A stretch of 64,000 bases of DNA from Escherichia phage T5, in the sequence record NC_005859.1; one strand, 5' to 3'. Positions within the stretch are counted from its first letter, which is position 1, and each line of letters begins with the position of its first letter. The notes under the pieces were generated by a model. That model searched no databases, was not told the DNA's origin, and was given only the letters and a program-made list of their open reading frames with translations. The position numbers and the translations under genes are program-made. Shown here piece after piece: positions 28,569-39,708 of this stretch.

Positions 28569-28729
28569 GCTGCTTTTAATACTCCCTCTAAGAGAGAGAA
28601 ATCAGTAAGATCTACTGGTTTGGATGTAGATGGGTAAACACTATCATCTACGTCCATAAATTGCATAAGTAAACCATAAGGTACGTTCTCGTCTACCACT
28701 AAATCAATAACTCTATTTTCTGTACTCAT
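28544..28729 (-). CDS. collar protein-like, N-terminal fragment
   Basis: 61-aa ORF with ATG start; with the next ORF would make ~140 aa if fused. Confidence 0.4.
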
Positions 28730-28733
28730 TATT

Positions 28734-30800
28734 TTACCTTATATGGATATACCCGTTTTGCAGGTCTATCTTCATTTTGTAGGATCCCTCTGGGTTAGAG
28801 GATAGTGCTGCTGCACGATCATATATAATATTTACACCAATTTGTGATAAGAAAGCATTGTTAGCAACAATTTTACTAGCAGTTACCGTGCCATTAACTA
28901 TCATATCTCCGTGTAAAACCATTGCAGGGCTAGTCCACGCCGAACCATTCCACTGTCTAGTAAAAGCTGTCCCAGGAGCACCACTCTTATATTCAGTTAA
29001 TACGTCATATTTAACAGGACCACTGCCGAAATTAGATGTAAAAAATGAATTAGCTTGTGAGTCATTCCATGCTGTTAAATTAGCAATAGCAAGAGAATAC
29101 ATTCCAGGACCACGTTGTCCTGTAGCCCCCGGCCTGCCATCAACACCTTCTGTACCACTCCATTGAACTACGTCAGACCAACTAGTTCCCGATACTAATT
29201 GATTAGTAACTGGGTCCAGAGTACCTGTAGAACAGTAAATATTCTGAGTATTAGATGTTCTATTTGGTGGAGTTTTAGACCAACCAGAAGGTGGGTATGC
29301 AGGACTTGTTGGTTTAGCAGGTAATGAAGTACCTATAATATAGATAAATACTGTTTGCTTCCCTTGTATACCCGTCTGTATATCAATATCACCATTTGGG
29401 GTACCAATTACAACCTCACTAGAGATCCTAAGTATATTACCATCATAACGAATATACTGTGTAGCATTACCAATATCTAATTTTGGTTTAGCAGTAACAT
29501 TATCCATGCCCATCCAGATACCGGATTTTGTATCGCCCCAAGTTTTACCCTGTGTATAAATTGCTGGGTTATCTTGACCGGTTAAATTAGTCATGACAAA
29601 GTTAGCAGCATTAATAGTTTTAGTTATTACACTCCCATCAACGTTAACTATCTTTTTAACAGGGTCAAAGGATATTGGTGCTTTTCCTTCTGCGTCTAGA
29701 AGACCTATATTAATAGCACCAGTTGCAGCGTCAATTAAGAAAGTTTGTTTCCAGGTAGATCCATCTTTAATTTTACCCTTAATGTACGCATAGTTTACTT
29801 CGATACCAGTTTCATTAACAAAACTATTGTCTAATGGTGTACTCTCATTTAATATAAATGTCTGTACTGCGGAATCAGTAACATCTTGAGCATCTGGTCC
29901 CCAGGCAATAGATGACACTTTAAATTTATGCTCTACTTTCCACGGGAATGATATAATTGTTGCCGACTGAGCAGCCCCCACGTTGATTTTTTGTGCCTTA
30001 GTCCATCCAGTTCTTACAAACTCTGCCGAATCTATATAAGATAGAACGAACTCACGAACATTAGCACCCGCACCCCTATTCCAGTCCCACTGCACACGTA
30101 AATCATAACGCTCTTTACCGTCTGCTATGCGCGCAGCTTTAAACACAATATTAATAGGAGCCGCAGGAGGTACAAAGTTATATCTAACTTCAAAGACATT
30201 AGGATATTCATAGTATCCTGATGAATCAATAGTAACACCGTCTGGTAGGCTTATTTGACCAGAAATTCTTACCTTATAGGATCCAATTGGCACACCACCA
30301 AACATAATAGTAGGCATTAGTGCACCAACGTAATATTTAACCCATGGATTATTGGCATTAGAATTATCTTTTAATTCTATAGTGCAATAATCGGCCTCCC
30401 CTGTAGTATCTATATAAACTATTGGTGCTCCAACACCAACATCTACTGGTTCTGACTCGCATCGAGCACCAGTGATTCTAGGTGCTGATTTCATTTTAAA
30501 AGTTTGCTTATCAGATAGATTAATTCCTATCTGTGCATTAAGAAGTTCAGAGTCTATTATGGAATCATAAAATGCACCCTGAACTTCATAAGTTGTTGTA
30601 GGTTTTAAGTTATTAATAGTTACAGAGAAAGTATCAATACCCGTGAAATCCCTACGAGTAACGTTGCTGCCTTCTTTAAGCCAAAATGATCTACCTATAA
30701 CGTCGTAATCAGAGTAGATAGAATGCTGGATATACGCCAACGTATATCCAGTTAAGACGCTATTTAGAACCATTTTAGCTGGTGCATTATTTGAAATCAT
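28734..30800 (-). CDS. baseplate/tail tip protein pb4-like
   Basis: 688 aa, same length as T5 pb4; beta-rich, fibronectin/Ig-like repeats. Confidence 0.75.
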   Translation of the reverse strand: MISNNAPAKMVLNSVLTGYTLAYIQHSIYSDYDVIGRSFWLKEGSNVTRRDFTGIDTFSVTINNLKPTTTYEVQGAFYDSIIDSELLNAQIGINLSDKQTFKMKSAPRITGARCESEPVDVGVGAPIVYIDTTGEADYCTIELKDNSNANNPWVKYYVGALMPTIMFGGVPIGSYKVRISGQISLPDGVTIDSSGYYEYPNVFEVRYNFVPPAAPINIVFKAARIADGKERYDLRVQWDWNRGAGANVREFVLSYIDSAEFVRTGWTKAQKINVGAAQSATIISFPWKVEHKFKVSSIAWGPDAQDVTDSAVQTFILNESTPLDNSFVNETGIEVNYAYIKGKIKDGSTWKQTFLIDAATGAINIGLLDAEGKAPISFDPVKKIVNVDGSVITKTINAANFVMTNLTGQDNPAIYTQGKTWGDTKSGIWMGMDNVTAKPKLDIGNATQYIRYDGNILRISSEVVIGTPNGDIDIQTGIQGKQTVFIYIIGTSLPAKPTSPAYPPSGWSKTPPNRTSNTQNIYCSTGTLDPVTNQLVSGTSWSDVVQWSGTEGVDGRPGATGQRGPGMYSLAIANLTAWNDSQANSFFTSNFGSGPVKYDVLTEYKSGAPGTAFTRQWNGSAWTSPAMVLHGDMIVNGTVTASKIVANNAFLSQIGVNIIYDRAAALSSNPEGSYKMKIDLQNGYIHIR

Positions 30801-33650
30801 TTAAATAGTAGCCCAACCAACAGATTGCTCTCCGTTTTCCCCTTCAGCTCGTATTCTAAACCGTAATTTACGATTGATACCTAGAGCCCCCGAGTTTAGT
30901 AAAGCAAAATCCGCCTTATTATATGTTAATAGATAATCATAGGTATAGACATCTTCTATTCTAACACTACGAAGCATTCTATCTTGAGAATCATAAATTT
31001 CCAAAGTATAGTAAATTTCAGGAATTATTTCTTCCTCTGGAATCTTATCCCAAGCAAGTTTAACATCCGGTCCAACAAATTCAGTTACGTCTCCTGAAGC
31101 AGTATTAACAACCCTAAAGTTACTAACTACGCTTAAGTTCTTTGCGGAGTTAAGATCTACAGATAGTGTAACTGGAGAACTACGTCTACCATTAATATCT
31201 ACTGCGCGTAGCTCAAAAATAGCTAAACCAGCAGGCTCCCCTATAATCTCCTGAATCATTCTCTCATTAGGATTATTTTCCAGTTGTTGAACTATGTAGG
31301 GATTAACATGTCCAGAATGTGCAATAGAATAGTATACTACGTTATTTGTAAGACTAGGAAGCCAGGATAGCTCACCATTCTTACCTATAGCACCAACTAC
31401 GCCACCTGGAGTAGGGGTGTACTTAAAGTCTCTAGGCGGTAGAACGTTATTACTAATATCAGGAATATCATTACCACTATTATCTACCTGTTCGGAATTA
31501 ATAAATACATCTTCTCCATACTCTTGGAGGACTAGATTAATTTTACCATCACGAGTATTTTCTACTTCGTCAACCAGGAAGAATTTGTCCTTCCAGCCGT
31601 AACGTTCATATGTGAAAGCAATAGGATCGTTAGGCTCTATACCTATAAATTTATAGGGTACGGAAAAACTTAAAGTACGGGAGTATCTAGATTTCTTAAG
31701 TTCCCTATCTGCGTAACTCCTAGCAGTGTAGTAATTAGTAATATTAGCAAAAGATAACTGAAGTTTCTTGTCAAGACCTTTATCCTGCTCTTTAAACTTC
31801 GAGTTATAGAACGTAATAGAGTTTGTTTTCCAGCTTAGTGCAGGGTCTACTAAGGATGCCTGTACTGAGTTAAACTTATTTCTACCAGTAGTATCAGATA
31901 AGTCTAAATCTCCATAAGTATCTAGAAAATTTATTCTCAGAGGATTCGTAGAATATTTTTCTACTGTTATTCTATACTCACCTGATAGGTTATTTATAGC
32001 TCCACCAAAGGATTCTAATATACCTTGAACGTTTTTAAAAACTGATTCAGAAGTATCCAGTATAGTATTTAGTTGAACTATTTGACGATTCTCAGATAGG
32101 GGGTCATTCCACCCAACGTAACGCCAGTAGGGCTGCCAACTAGTCTGGTAGGACTCGTCAATTATATCAAGTATTTTTGCCTCTGATATTACTTTTTGTA
32201 GCGGGAACTGATCTAAAGTAATATCAGCACCATAACGATCTGAAGTCAGGTAATCCATAAGTTGCCAGATACCATTTAAGCTAGTCTTATCTGCTTTTAT
32301 AGTACCATCAGAGTTGTATACTTTAACTTTCTTACCCTGCACTTCTGCGCTAATTTCAGGAATTTCAGTTCTATTCTCATTAATAGTAAATCTAACTATA
32401 GCATAAGCTGTATCCAATAACTTATAACGAGAATCCCAGTATTCCGGTCCGTTGCCGTTCTGATTCTGTAGATAAAATCCTTTTTTCTTAGCAATGTCTA
32501 CAAGTACTTGTGCAGCAGTCTGGTCTGGTTTTCCATGAAAGGTCCAGATTCTTATATCCCCATTACCATCGTTATACTTATATTCTTGTCCATGAACAGA
32601 AGGTTGAGATGTACTTGTACCAGCAGCTAGACGGTGCATTGTATCACCGACTATCTTTTTACGTCCAAAACAAGTTCTAGTATCGGAGTCTGTTTCATCA
32701 AAACATATCATAGGGCTATCTCCGATATAGAAATCTAGAAATCCATCTATCTCACCTTCTGCAAAAGCATATACTACGTATACTATATTAGGGTTATTTA
32801 GTTCCGTATCTGCAAAAATAGGTATACCAGGAATTTTCTGAACACCATATACTACAGGTATAAATTTAGCTGCTAAGTTAAAGTCTAGGTCAACTTCTTT
32901 AGTTACAGTCTCATAGTATTTTTTAAGGCTGTAGCTTCTAGACAGACCAAATAACTTTTTCTTAGACTGTAATTTATATCGTTCTTCTTTAACTTGGTAT
33001 TTAGCTAGAATAGTTGTACTTTTATTAGAGTGGAAGAATCCATAGTCTTCTTGGTACTCAGGACGTTTAGCCCCATTTGATGGCTGAAGAGTTCCATTAA
33101 CAACTTCAAGACCTCTATGAGATGCATCATCTGTATACCTGCCGTTTACTCTATCAAAATCATAAAATTGATTAGAACAGTTCCAAGTAATAACTGATGT
33201 ACCTATTCCGGAAGTATTAACGTTATCTTTTATTCCGCCTCCGGTAATTCTACCGCGGAAGAATAATAAAGGGCCATCTGTATCAGGATCTACAGGAAGA
33301 ATATTTCCTTCTTCATTGATTATTGCCTGATGGATAGTTATACCCCTATCTAGGAAAGATACTCCATTTTGAACTAGCTTTAGTACCTCATCTTCGGCAG
33401 TACCAGTTATTGTGAAGGATAGACTACCAATAGATAATTGACGGTTCTGTTTATGGGAGCTTATACTTTTTACTTTACCTGATCTGTACAAAATACCATT
33501 ATATGTAACATCTCTAAAATAATCTGTTAAGTAGATATAAGTAGCTGCGGAACCAGATGAACTTGGCAATTCAAGAGCTATAAGACATGCTGTCTTTAAT
33601 TTATCATGGGTATTCAGGTAATTTTTAGCACTATCGAGTATTTTCTTCAT
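30801..33650 (-). CDS. baseplate hub protein pb3-like
   Basis: 949 aa, same length as T5 pb3; directly downstream of Dit-like gene. Confidence 0.75.
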   Translation of the reverse strand: MKKILDSAKNYLNTHDKLKTACLIALELPSSSGSAATYIYLTDYFRDVTYNGILYRSGKVKSISSHKQNRQLSIGSLSFTITGTAEDEVLKLVQNGVSFLDRGITIHQAIINEEGNILPVDPDTDGPLLFFRGRITGGGIKDNVNTSGIGTSVITWNCSNQFYDFDRVNGRYTDDASHRGLEVVNGTLQPSNGAKRPEYQEDYGFFHSNKSTTILAKYQVKEERYKLQSKKKLFGLSRSYSLKKYYETVTKEVDLDFNLAAKFIPVVYGVQKIPGIPIFADTELNNPNIVYVVYAFAEGEIDGFLDFYIGDSPMICFDETDSDTRTCFGRKKIVGDTMHRLAAGTSTSQPSVHGQEYKYNDGNGDIRIWTFHGKPDQTAAQVLVDIAKKKGFYLQNQNGNGPEYWDSRYKLLDTAYAIVRFTINENRTEIPEISAEVQGKKVKVYNSDGTIKADKTSLNGIWQLMDYLTSDRYGADITLDQFPLQKVISEAKILDIIDESYQTSWQPYWRYVGWNDPLSENRQIVQLNTILDTSESVFKNVQGILESFGGAINNLSGEYRITVEKYSTNPLRINFLDTYGDLDLSDTTGRNKFNSVQASLVDPALSWKTNSITFYNSKFKEQDKGLDKKLQLSFANITNYYTARSYADRELKKSRYSRTLSFSVPYKFIGIEPNDPIAFTYERYGWKDKFFLVDEVENTRDGKINLVLQEYGEDVFINSEQVDNSGNDIPDISNNVLPPRDFKYTPTPGGVVGAIGKNGELSWLPSLTNNVVYYSIAHSGHVNPYIVQQLENNPNERMIQEIIGEPAGLAIFELRAVDINGRRSSPVTLSVDLNSAKNLSVVSNFRVVNTASGDVTEFVGPDVKLAWDKIPEEEIIPEIYYTLEIYDSQDRMLRSVRIEDVYTYDYLLTYNKADFALLNSGALGINRKLRFRIRAEGENGEQSVGWATI

Positions 33651-34261
33651 AGACTTTCCCTCAAGGAAAGTGAAATACCAGAGTAAGTACCATTGTTATT
33701 TAGGGTAGAACCGAAGGAATCTCCGTTCATTAGCTTAGTTCTAAATAAGATACCATTAAAAACTGGTTTTTCACTACCCGTAGTAGTAATAAATAGATCA
33801 GGATACAGGGAAATATTCCATACGTTTCCTGAACTACTAAAATTTGTTATTTTATAAACTTTAGGATGAGTAGATAATTTAAATAAATCCCCAGCTTTTG
33901 GCTGCCCAGTTAGGGTTCCATTAGTATTTAGTATAATTTGAGAACCTTTTTGACCGGCGGGTATGGTAACACTCTTGGTATCACCACGTACTCTAAATGC
34001 TTCATACTGAGGCAGGAGTACATCTAAATAATCTCCAGTTCTTTTATACTCTAAAAGCCTAGAGTCTAGAAATGCATATTCATCCGGGAAAAGTTCCGGG
34101 TATGAGATATTAATTCCCCAGTATTGAGCAGATATTTTAACCTCTTTGACTTTACCATTAGGTAATTCATCACGAATCATAGGGTCGTTATCTACTAAAT
34201 TGACGCTTTCAAAACCTAACCCTGGGTACTCTGGGTTCGTGTATGGATCTGGTAGTCTCAT
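33647..34261 (-). CDS. distal tail protein (Dit, pb9-like)
   Basis: 204 aa, same length as T5 pb9; between tape measure and hub genes. Confidence 0.75.
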   Translation of the reverse strand: MRLPDPYTNPEYPGLGFESVNLVDNDPMIRDELPNGKVKEVKISAQYWGINISYPELFPDEYAFLDSRLLEYKRTGDYLDVLLPQYEAFRVRGDTKSVTIPAGQKGSQIILNTNGTLTGQPKAGDLFKLSTHPKVYKITNFSSSGNVWNISLYPDLFITTTGSEKPVFNGILFRTKLMNGDSFGSTLNNNGTYSGISLSLRESL

Positions 34262-34288
34262 AGTTAATTTCTCCTCTTTAATAACAAT

Positions 34289-34317
34289 ATTATAATAGTA
34301 TTGGAAAATTTTATCAA
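34289..34317 (-). promoter_or_regulatory. sigma70-like promoter upstream of Dit gene
   Basis: minus strand -35 TTGATA, 17-bp spacer, -10 TATAAT, then RBS gaggag. Confidence 0.35.
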
Positions 34318-34332
34318 GAAATTTTTATTTTT

Positions 34333-34363
34333 CCATAAAGAAAAGGAGGACATAAAGTCCTCC
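34333..34363 (-). terminator. rho-independent terminator after tape measure gene
   Basis: minus-strand hairpin ggaggac-tttat-gtcctcc followed by TTTTCTTT. Confidence 0.6.
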
Positions 34364-34370
34364 TCCAATA

Positions 34371-37300
34371 TTAAGAATTACCAAGAGATTTCAGGGTGGT
34401 TCCATTCTCATTAAGAGCCAGTTCCACGGCATCTCTGAAAGCAGTACTGTTATTCGATGCAAAATCTCTGAAGCTTGCCGCATCCATAGTGCTGATATTC
34501 AGGATAATAGGTCTTCCAGAGGTAGTCTTTGATCCATCGGAAAGCTGATCATTAGGTGTAGCTTTCATAGGAACCATAGGAGTTACTACTTCGGTACCAT
34601 GCTCACCCATTTGATAACTAACTCCAGGGTACATCATACCGCCCTCAGCACGCGGAACAAATGAGTTGGCATTACCAATACCTTTATCACCGCGTAGGTA
34701 GGATAGTTCTCCTGAACTAGCTTGCATAGATACATCAACATTTTTCTGTCGCTCACCTAGAGTTAAGTACTGAGTAGTATCTGCCCCAGAATCCGCAATA
34801 GAAGACATGCCAGATGCAGAAGATGCTTGAGCAAGAGCTAACGCACCTGCTAAACCTGCCGCCACCATCAAAGGAATAGAGAACGGGTATGGTACAGCTG
34901 TTGCTGCTTGCATTACTGCTACTGCTGTCTGAATGATGATCTGTTTCTTAGCTGCATCTTGCTGAATCTTCAGCTTTTCAGCTTCTAATTTTTTCAGCTT
35001 AGCTTTAGATGCCTCAGATTTGCCATCACGCTTCTGTTCTGCTGCAATAGCCTGATCAATTGCACTAACCTGCTGACTAGTACTGTATTGAATCATAGAA
35101 GCTACAGTCTGCATACCGGAAGCAATCATAGACGTAGTATCTAAAGATCCCTGAGAGAACTGAATCATAGCATTAGTTAAATTACCCATGCTTTGAGCCA
35201 CAGCGGTTGCTTCGGAATTTAATTCAGACAACTTAGAGATCGCCTGGTCATAAGAAGCCATTCTATTTTGCATATCAGCAAAATCTTTATCTTCTCCGAT
35301 TAACCCAGTAGTAGGAGTATAAGTAGCCCCAACAGAAGATCCTACCTGTTGCTGCATTTGACTTTCTCGCTGCTTTTTAAGCTGCTCTAAAGCTGCTGAA
35401 GTTTTATAAATCTCATTACGATACTTAAGCTCCTCTTCCGTATTACCCTTAGATAGTTCCAGCTGTTGCTGGAGAATGGATAATCTCTCCGTAAGAATTT
35501 GAGATTGACCAGTAACATTTCTCTGCGTTTGACTGACCTCTAGTGCATCCATGAGGGCTGATACATGTGAGGCTGTTCCCTGTTTCTCCGCTTCCCATAT
35601 TTCTCTACTTATTTGTGCTTGAGCACGTCTAGACTGCTCTACTTTAGCTTGACCATCCGCTTGTTTAGAGTATAATTCCGTTTTTTCCTGCTCTAACTGC
35701 AGCTCTAGTCTTAACTGCGCCAAACGATACTGAGTACTCGTCATAGTGCGGTCATTCAGAAGAGCTATTTCTCTATCAACACCAAGAATCTTATCAGTAT
35801 AGTCTTTAGTCTTCTTAGCATTTTCGAATCCCTGGGCTTTAGTATTAAGAATTTCTGTCTCTATCTTAGCTACTTGTTTTAATGCTTCGGGATCATTAGG
35901 GTTAATAGCTAGCAACGCTTTTGCCGCCGTAAGCTGTTCCTGCTGTTGTCGTAGTAACACCTCTCTAGCTGCTGCTTCTGCCTTGGCCTTATCCTTAGTC
36001 TGGTTGTAAACCTCATCTTTACGCTTAGCTACTTCCAGTGCATTTTGCTCACTCTTATCCATAGCAGTTACATATTCTGATAGACCTTTCTGTGCAGCCT
36101 TCATTTGGTCTAGGCTTGAGAAACCTAGATTTAGGTTCTTAACTAGAGTATCCGCACTTTGCCCGGTTACTTTAGAAGTATCTTCTACTGCTTTTACAAC
36201 ACTATTTAGGTCACTAGAGGCTTTTTTAGCGTTAGTAATACTACTTGCCGCCATTCTTATGTTATTTGCAGTATCACTAGAGCTTTTCTTCAGGAAATCA
36301 AAGTTCTTCTGTATCTCTGATACAGCTTTGAGGTTATTAGGATCAACTTCGAATACTCCTTTGTCTCCTGGAACAGCAGTATCAGCATACTTCATCTTAG
36401 CGCCTAACTGCTCAGCTAGTTTGCCATTACGTAACAGAGCTTCTCCAGTATCCTGTACCGCTTGTCTTAGAACCTTCTCAGTTTTAGTGCGTTCTTCTAT
36501 CTCTTTGTTTTGACGAGCCAATTCATTAGTGAGTTGTACTACTAACTTATTACTCTCATCACCACCAATACCGCCAGCAGTAAGGGCATTGGCGATAGGA
36601 GCAGTAGCCGCCTGTTTTGCCTTAAGATCATCCAATTGCTGCTTAAGCTCTTGAGCTTTCTTAACACGTTCTTCGCTTTCTTTAAGATATGTATCTAGAT
36701 CTTCTCGCGCCCCTACAGCATTCTCTATTAAAGCTGTAACGTTTTCAGCTGGAGTAGTTTTAGCGGATGCACTACGTGCCATTGCGGAAACTCTCATCTG
36801 GGAAGATTTAGTTTGGTATAAGAAAGTATTAAGGGTATCCATAACAGGATTTAAGTATGTAGCAGCACTTTGTTGTAAACTTCTTAGAGCTGAGTTAGCA
36901 TTGGCAGCAAATTGTTCCCAAGAGGTTGCCTTAAGAGCATCATCTAGGTATCCAAATCTACGAGTAGACTCTGCAATAACTTCATTTGCATACGCTTGTT
37001 GTTTCTGGTATGTAGTTAAACTATCTACAGTATATTTAATACCTGTACTGGTAGCATTTAATTGTTTAACGTAATTTTCATACGCATCGTTAAGACGAAT
37101 AGTAACACCAAGTTCATCCAGAAGTTCGATTTCTTGTTTTGATACACCCTTAATTACACGGTTAAGTGCATCAGTCATATCAACACCAAGAACAGCAGCC
37201 GCACGACGTGCTACTAAACCGAACTGCTCTAGTTGTTCGCTGTCAAATCCATAAGCGGAAGCAGAGGATGCTTGACGCATAGCCTCTTCAAAGGATATAG

Positions 37301-38030
37301 CACCATTAGTAGCGTTTTGTAGTGATAAAGCTAGTGTCTGTACCGGTGTACCTGTCATGGTGCCGACAATAGTACCGAACTGTTCCAGCCTATTTAGCTG
37401 GTCACCTACTTTTAGGCTCTCAAAAGCAGTCTGTAGGACGAATACGTTAGAAGCAAGAGCTGCGTACATAATAGGTAACCTACCGCCGATCTTAGCCATT
37501 GCTGCAAAGTCACGAGTAGCTCCGCGTGCGGAACCGGAAGTATTACCTAAAGCTCTAGAAGCCCTACCAGCAGCACCAGCAGTGTCATTAAAACCCTTAG
37601 ATGTACCACCTAAAGCTCTATTGGTGTCATACAATCTATCTTGAACTTTCTCTGTTGCAGCTGCAACATCATTACCCATTGCTTTAACAGATCTAGAAAC
37701 CCCATCGAATCCAATTTCTAGTTTATCTGTTACTTCAATAAGTTGGATAGCCAGGTAATCTAGCTTATCACCAATACCATCAATGGATTTAGTGATACCA
37801 GCCATACCCCTACTAGCCTGCATTTTAGTAAGACTTTTTGCTGCTCTATCTGCTGCCCTCTCAATGGAGTATAGAGTTCTGGGCATTTTACCTAACTGTT
37901 CATTTGTCAGTTCGGAAGCAGCAGCAGCATTTTCTAATGCATCAGATACGTTTTCAATAGACTTTGCAGTACGGGTTGCCCCCTTCTGTTTAACGTCTAT
38001 TAGTAATTCTCGTATTAGCTTATCAGTCAT
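34371..38030 (-). CDS. tape measure protein (pb2-like)
   Basis: 1219 aa, same length as T5 pb2; long coiled-coil; hydrophobic segment near C-terminus. Confidence 0.85.
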   Translation of the reverse strand: MTDKLIRELLIDVKQKGATRTAKSIENVSDALENAAAASELTNEQLGKMPRTLYSIERAADRAAKSLTKMQASRGMAGITKSIDGIGDKLDYLAIQLIEVTDKLEIGFDGVSRSVKAMGNDVAAATEKVQDRLYDTNRALGGTSKGFNDTAGAAGRASRALGNTSGSARGATRDFAAMAKIGGRLPIMYAALASNVFVLQTAFESLKVGDQLNRLEQFGTIVGTMTGTPVQTLALSLQNATNGAISFEEAMRQASSASAYGFDSEQLEQFGLVARRAAAVLGVDMTDALNRVIKGVSKQEIELLDELGVTIRLNDAYENYVKQLNATSTGIKYTVDSLTTYQKQQAYANEVIAESTRRFGYLDDALKATSWEQFAANANSALRSLQQSAATYLNPVMDTLNTFLYQTKSSQMRVSAMARSASAKTTPAENVTALIENAVGAREDLDTYLKESEERVKKAQELKQQLDDLKAKQAATAPIANALTAGGIGGDESNKLVVQLTNELARQNKEIEERTKTEKVLRQAVQDTGEALLRNGKLAEQLGAKMKYADTAVPGDKGVFEVDPNNLKAVSEIQKNFDFLKKSSSDTANNIRMAASSITNAKKASSDLNSVVKAVEDTSKVTGQSADTLVKNLNLGFSSLDQMKAAQKGLSEYVTAMDKSEQNALEVAKRKDEVYNQTKDKAKAEAAAREVLLRQQQEQLTAAKALLAINPNDPEALKQVAKIETEILNTKAQGFENAKKTKDYTDKILGVDREIALLNDRTMTSTQYRLAQLRLELQLEQEKTELYSKQADGQAKVEQSRRAQAQISREIWEAEKQGTASHVSALMDALEVSQTQRNVTGQSQILTERLSILQQQLELSKGNTEEELKYRNEIYKTSAALEQLKKQRESQMQQQVGSSVGATYTPTTGLIGEDKDFADMQNRMASYDQAISKLSELNSEATAVAQSMGNLTNAMIQFSQGSLDTTSMIASGMQTVASMIQYSTSQQVSAIDQAIAAEQKRDGKSEASKAKLKKLEAEKLKIQQDAAKKQIIIQTAVAVMQAATAVPYPFSIPLMVAAGLAGALALAQASSASGMSSIADSGADTTQYLTLGERQKNVDVSMQASSGELSYLRGDKGIGNANSFVPRAEGGMMYPGVSYQMGEHGTEVVTPMVPMKATPNDQLSDGSKTTSGRPIILNISTMDAASFRDFASNNSTAFRDAVELALNENGTTLKSLGNS

Positions 38031-38839
38031 CTAATGTTTTCCTGTATAAAACTATTAGTTAAAGATAGTATAGTTTCTAGCTCAGAGTAGTGACAAGTTT
38101 CGGTGTACCCATCTGGAAGGATACGTTTATCTAATACTCCTGTGTTTACTGAGTCCTTTACTACTTTTTCTAGCCCCCTAGCCATAGAACCATAAGAAAA
38201 AGTATGAGAAAAAATTACCGAGTGCTCGCATAGTGATTTATTGCTCTGCTGCCTCATTCTCTCTAGTACATCCTTACCAGTGATCCCAAATTTTAGAAAG
38301 TGAGTCCCTTGATACGTTAATTTCTGTATATAAAAAGTAGCTGGTATATTAGGATTAAATCCTCCTGAAGCACAATCAGGACACCCTGTATCGTGATTAA
38401 TAAAATGGTGTATAGACACATCCCAGATACAACCATCTTTTAAACACTTAAGTATAATCTTAGAATCTTTATTAATATAGGTGGAAGACCAAGATAGAAA
38501 GTTATATCCTTTCTCGGCACACTTACTTTTTATTTGTTCTTCTCTTTCTTCCTTCGTCCATCTAGCTTTGCCTGCGCATGCAGGGCATTTTTGGGCAGTA
38601 ATCCGTAAAAAGTTATCCAACCTAGGAGACCAGGTGTAATAACATTTATTACACTTAAGTGTAAGGGTGCTTTTAATATTAGTGTACTCACCTATCCAGC
38701 CAACAAAGGATAAATTTTTATCATTGCAAATGTTGCTTATCTGAGACTCTCTATCCTGTTTAGTAATCTTCTTTCCCATACTATACCAACCTATATGTTT
38801 ATAAATAAAAAAGGCTCTGGGCATATCACCCAGAGCCAA
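38027..38839 (-). CDS. putative homing endonuclease-like protein (two zinc-ribbon modules, T5orf172/GIY-YIG-like C-terminus)
   Basis: 270 aa; two CxxC...CPxC modules; paralog of 48023..48856. Confidence 0.55.
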   Translation of the reverse strand: MALGDMPRAFFIYKHIGWYSMGKKITKQDRESQISNICNDKNLSFVGWIGEYTNIKSTLTLKCNKCYYTWSPRLDNFLRITAQKCPACAGKARWTKEEREEQIKSKCAEKGYNFLSWSSTYINKDSKIILKCLKDGCIWDVSIHHFINHDTGCPDCASGGFNPNIPATFYIQKLTYQGTHFLKFGITGKDVLERMRQQSNKSLCEHSVIFSHTFSYGSMARGLEKVVKDSVNTGVLDKRILPDGYTETCHYSELETILSLTNSFIQENIR

Positions 38840-38873
38840 GCCTCATCGTGGAACGCCCCATTGGAGGAAACTT

Positions 38874-39242
38874 TTACCGTGCTCGAGATTTGGCATGTGG
38901 CTTAACGTTAGGTATTCTACCGTTTTGCGGCTTATGCTTCTCAGCACGTTTACGTGCAGCGTCTACAGCTTTAGCATCAAATATATTGATAATGTGTAGA
39001 ACAAATTCTTTCTCTATAGGATCTGTAATCCCATAAATATCAAATAAAACACCTAAAGCAGCCTTGTCTTTACCTATAAAGATAGGGAAGTCACCAGGTA
39101 TGAAACAGTCAACTAGACTATTATAAATATTCATACTAATAGCTACAATAGGTGGAAAGTCTTCAAGTTCAACAGGCATGGCCTTAGGATCAGGCTCTAT
39201 ACCCATTGATTCACAAAGTATTAAATATTGTTGTTTAGTCAT
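38874..39242 (-). CDS. putative tail assembly chaperone
   Basis: 122-aa acidic ORF upstream of tape measure region; position-based. Confidence 0.4.
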   Translation of the reverse strand: MTKQQYLILCESMGIEPDPKAMPVELEDFPPIVAISMNIYNSLVDCFIPGDFPIFIGKDKAALGVLFDIYGITDPIEKEFVLHIINIFDAKAVDAARKRAEKHKPQNGRIPNVKPHAKSRAR

Positions 39243-39303
39243 TTTAGATGCTGAGCTTTTAATACACTTATCTGCAAAATCAGCAACAGCATCTAGTAAT
39301 TCT

Positions 39304-39708
39304 TTACGCTTTTGAGCTACGAAAAGTATCTAGGTGGAACACTGTCTGGTTGATCCAAGAATCAAACGCAGCAGAGTTCTGCATAAGCATTACAGCATTA
39401 TCACGACTAAATGGAACTTCAGTAGCAGGATCAGCATCTGTTTCAATCAGCATCAGTTTTTCAACGTCACCTACAGTCAAACCAGTCCAACCTTTAATCG
39501 CAGCATCAACGAAAGCTTCAATAAACTTATCATCATCCTGTACCTGAATCAAAGTACCATTAACCCACTCGTCACGCTTAGCAGAGGTGATAACTCGTTT
39601 AGAAGTAGCACGAGACATATAATTAAGCTCTAGCTTAAAGTTTGGCATACCTGGGTATGAAAGAGTGACAGTACGAGTTTCTAAAGTAATATCTTTTAAG
39701 TTAATCAT
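39304..39708 (-). CDS. hypothetical tail-associated protein
   Basis: 134-aa ORF between tail tube and chaperone genes. Confidence 0.5.
   Translation of the reverse strand: MINLKDITLETRTVTLSYPGMPNFKLELNYMSRATSKRVITSAKRDEWVNGTLIQVQDDDKFIEAFVDAAIKGWTGLTVGDVEKLMLIETDADPATEVPFSRDNAVMLMQNSAAFDSWINQTVFHLDTFRSSKA

Noticed and set aside
38874-39242. Programmed -1 frameshift in the tail assembly chaperone (G/GT-type)
   Set aside because: No slippery heptamer with a downstream extension ORF could be identified by eye; the chaperone assignment itself is positional only.
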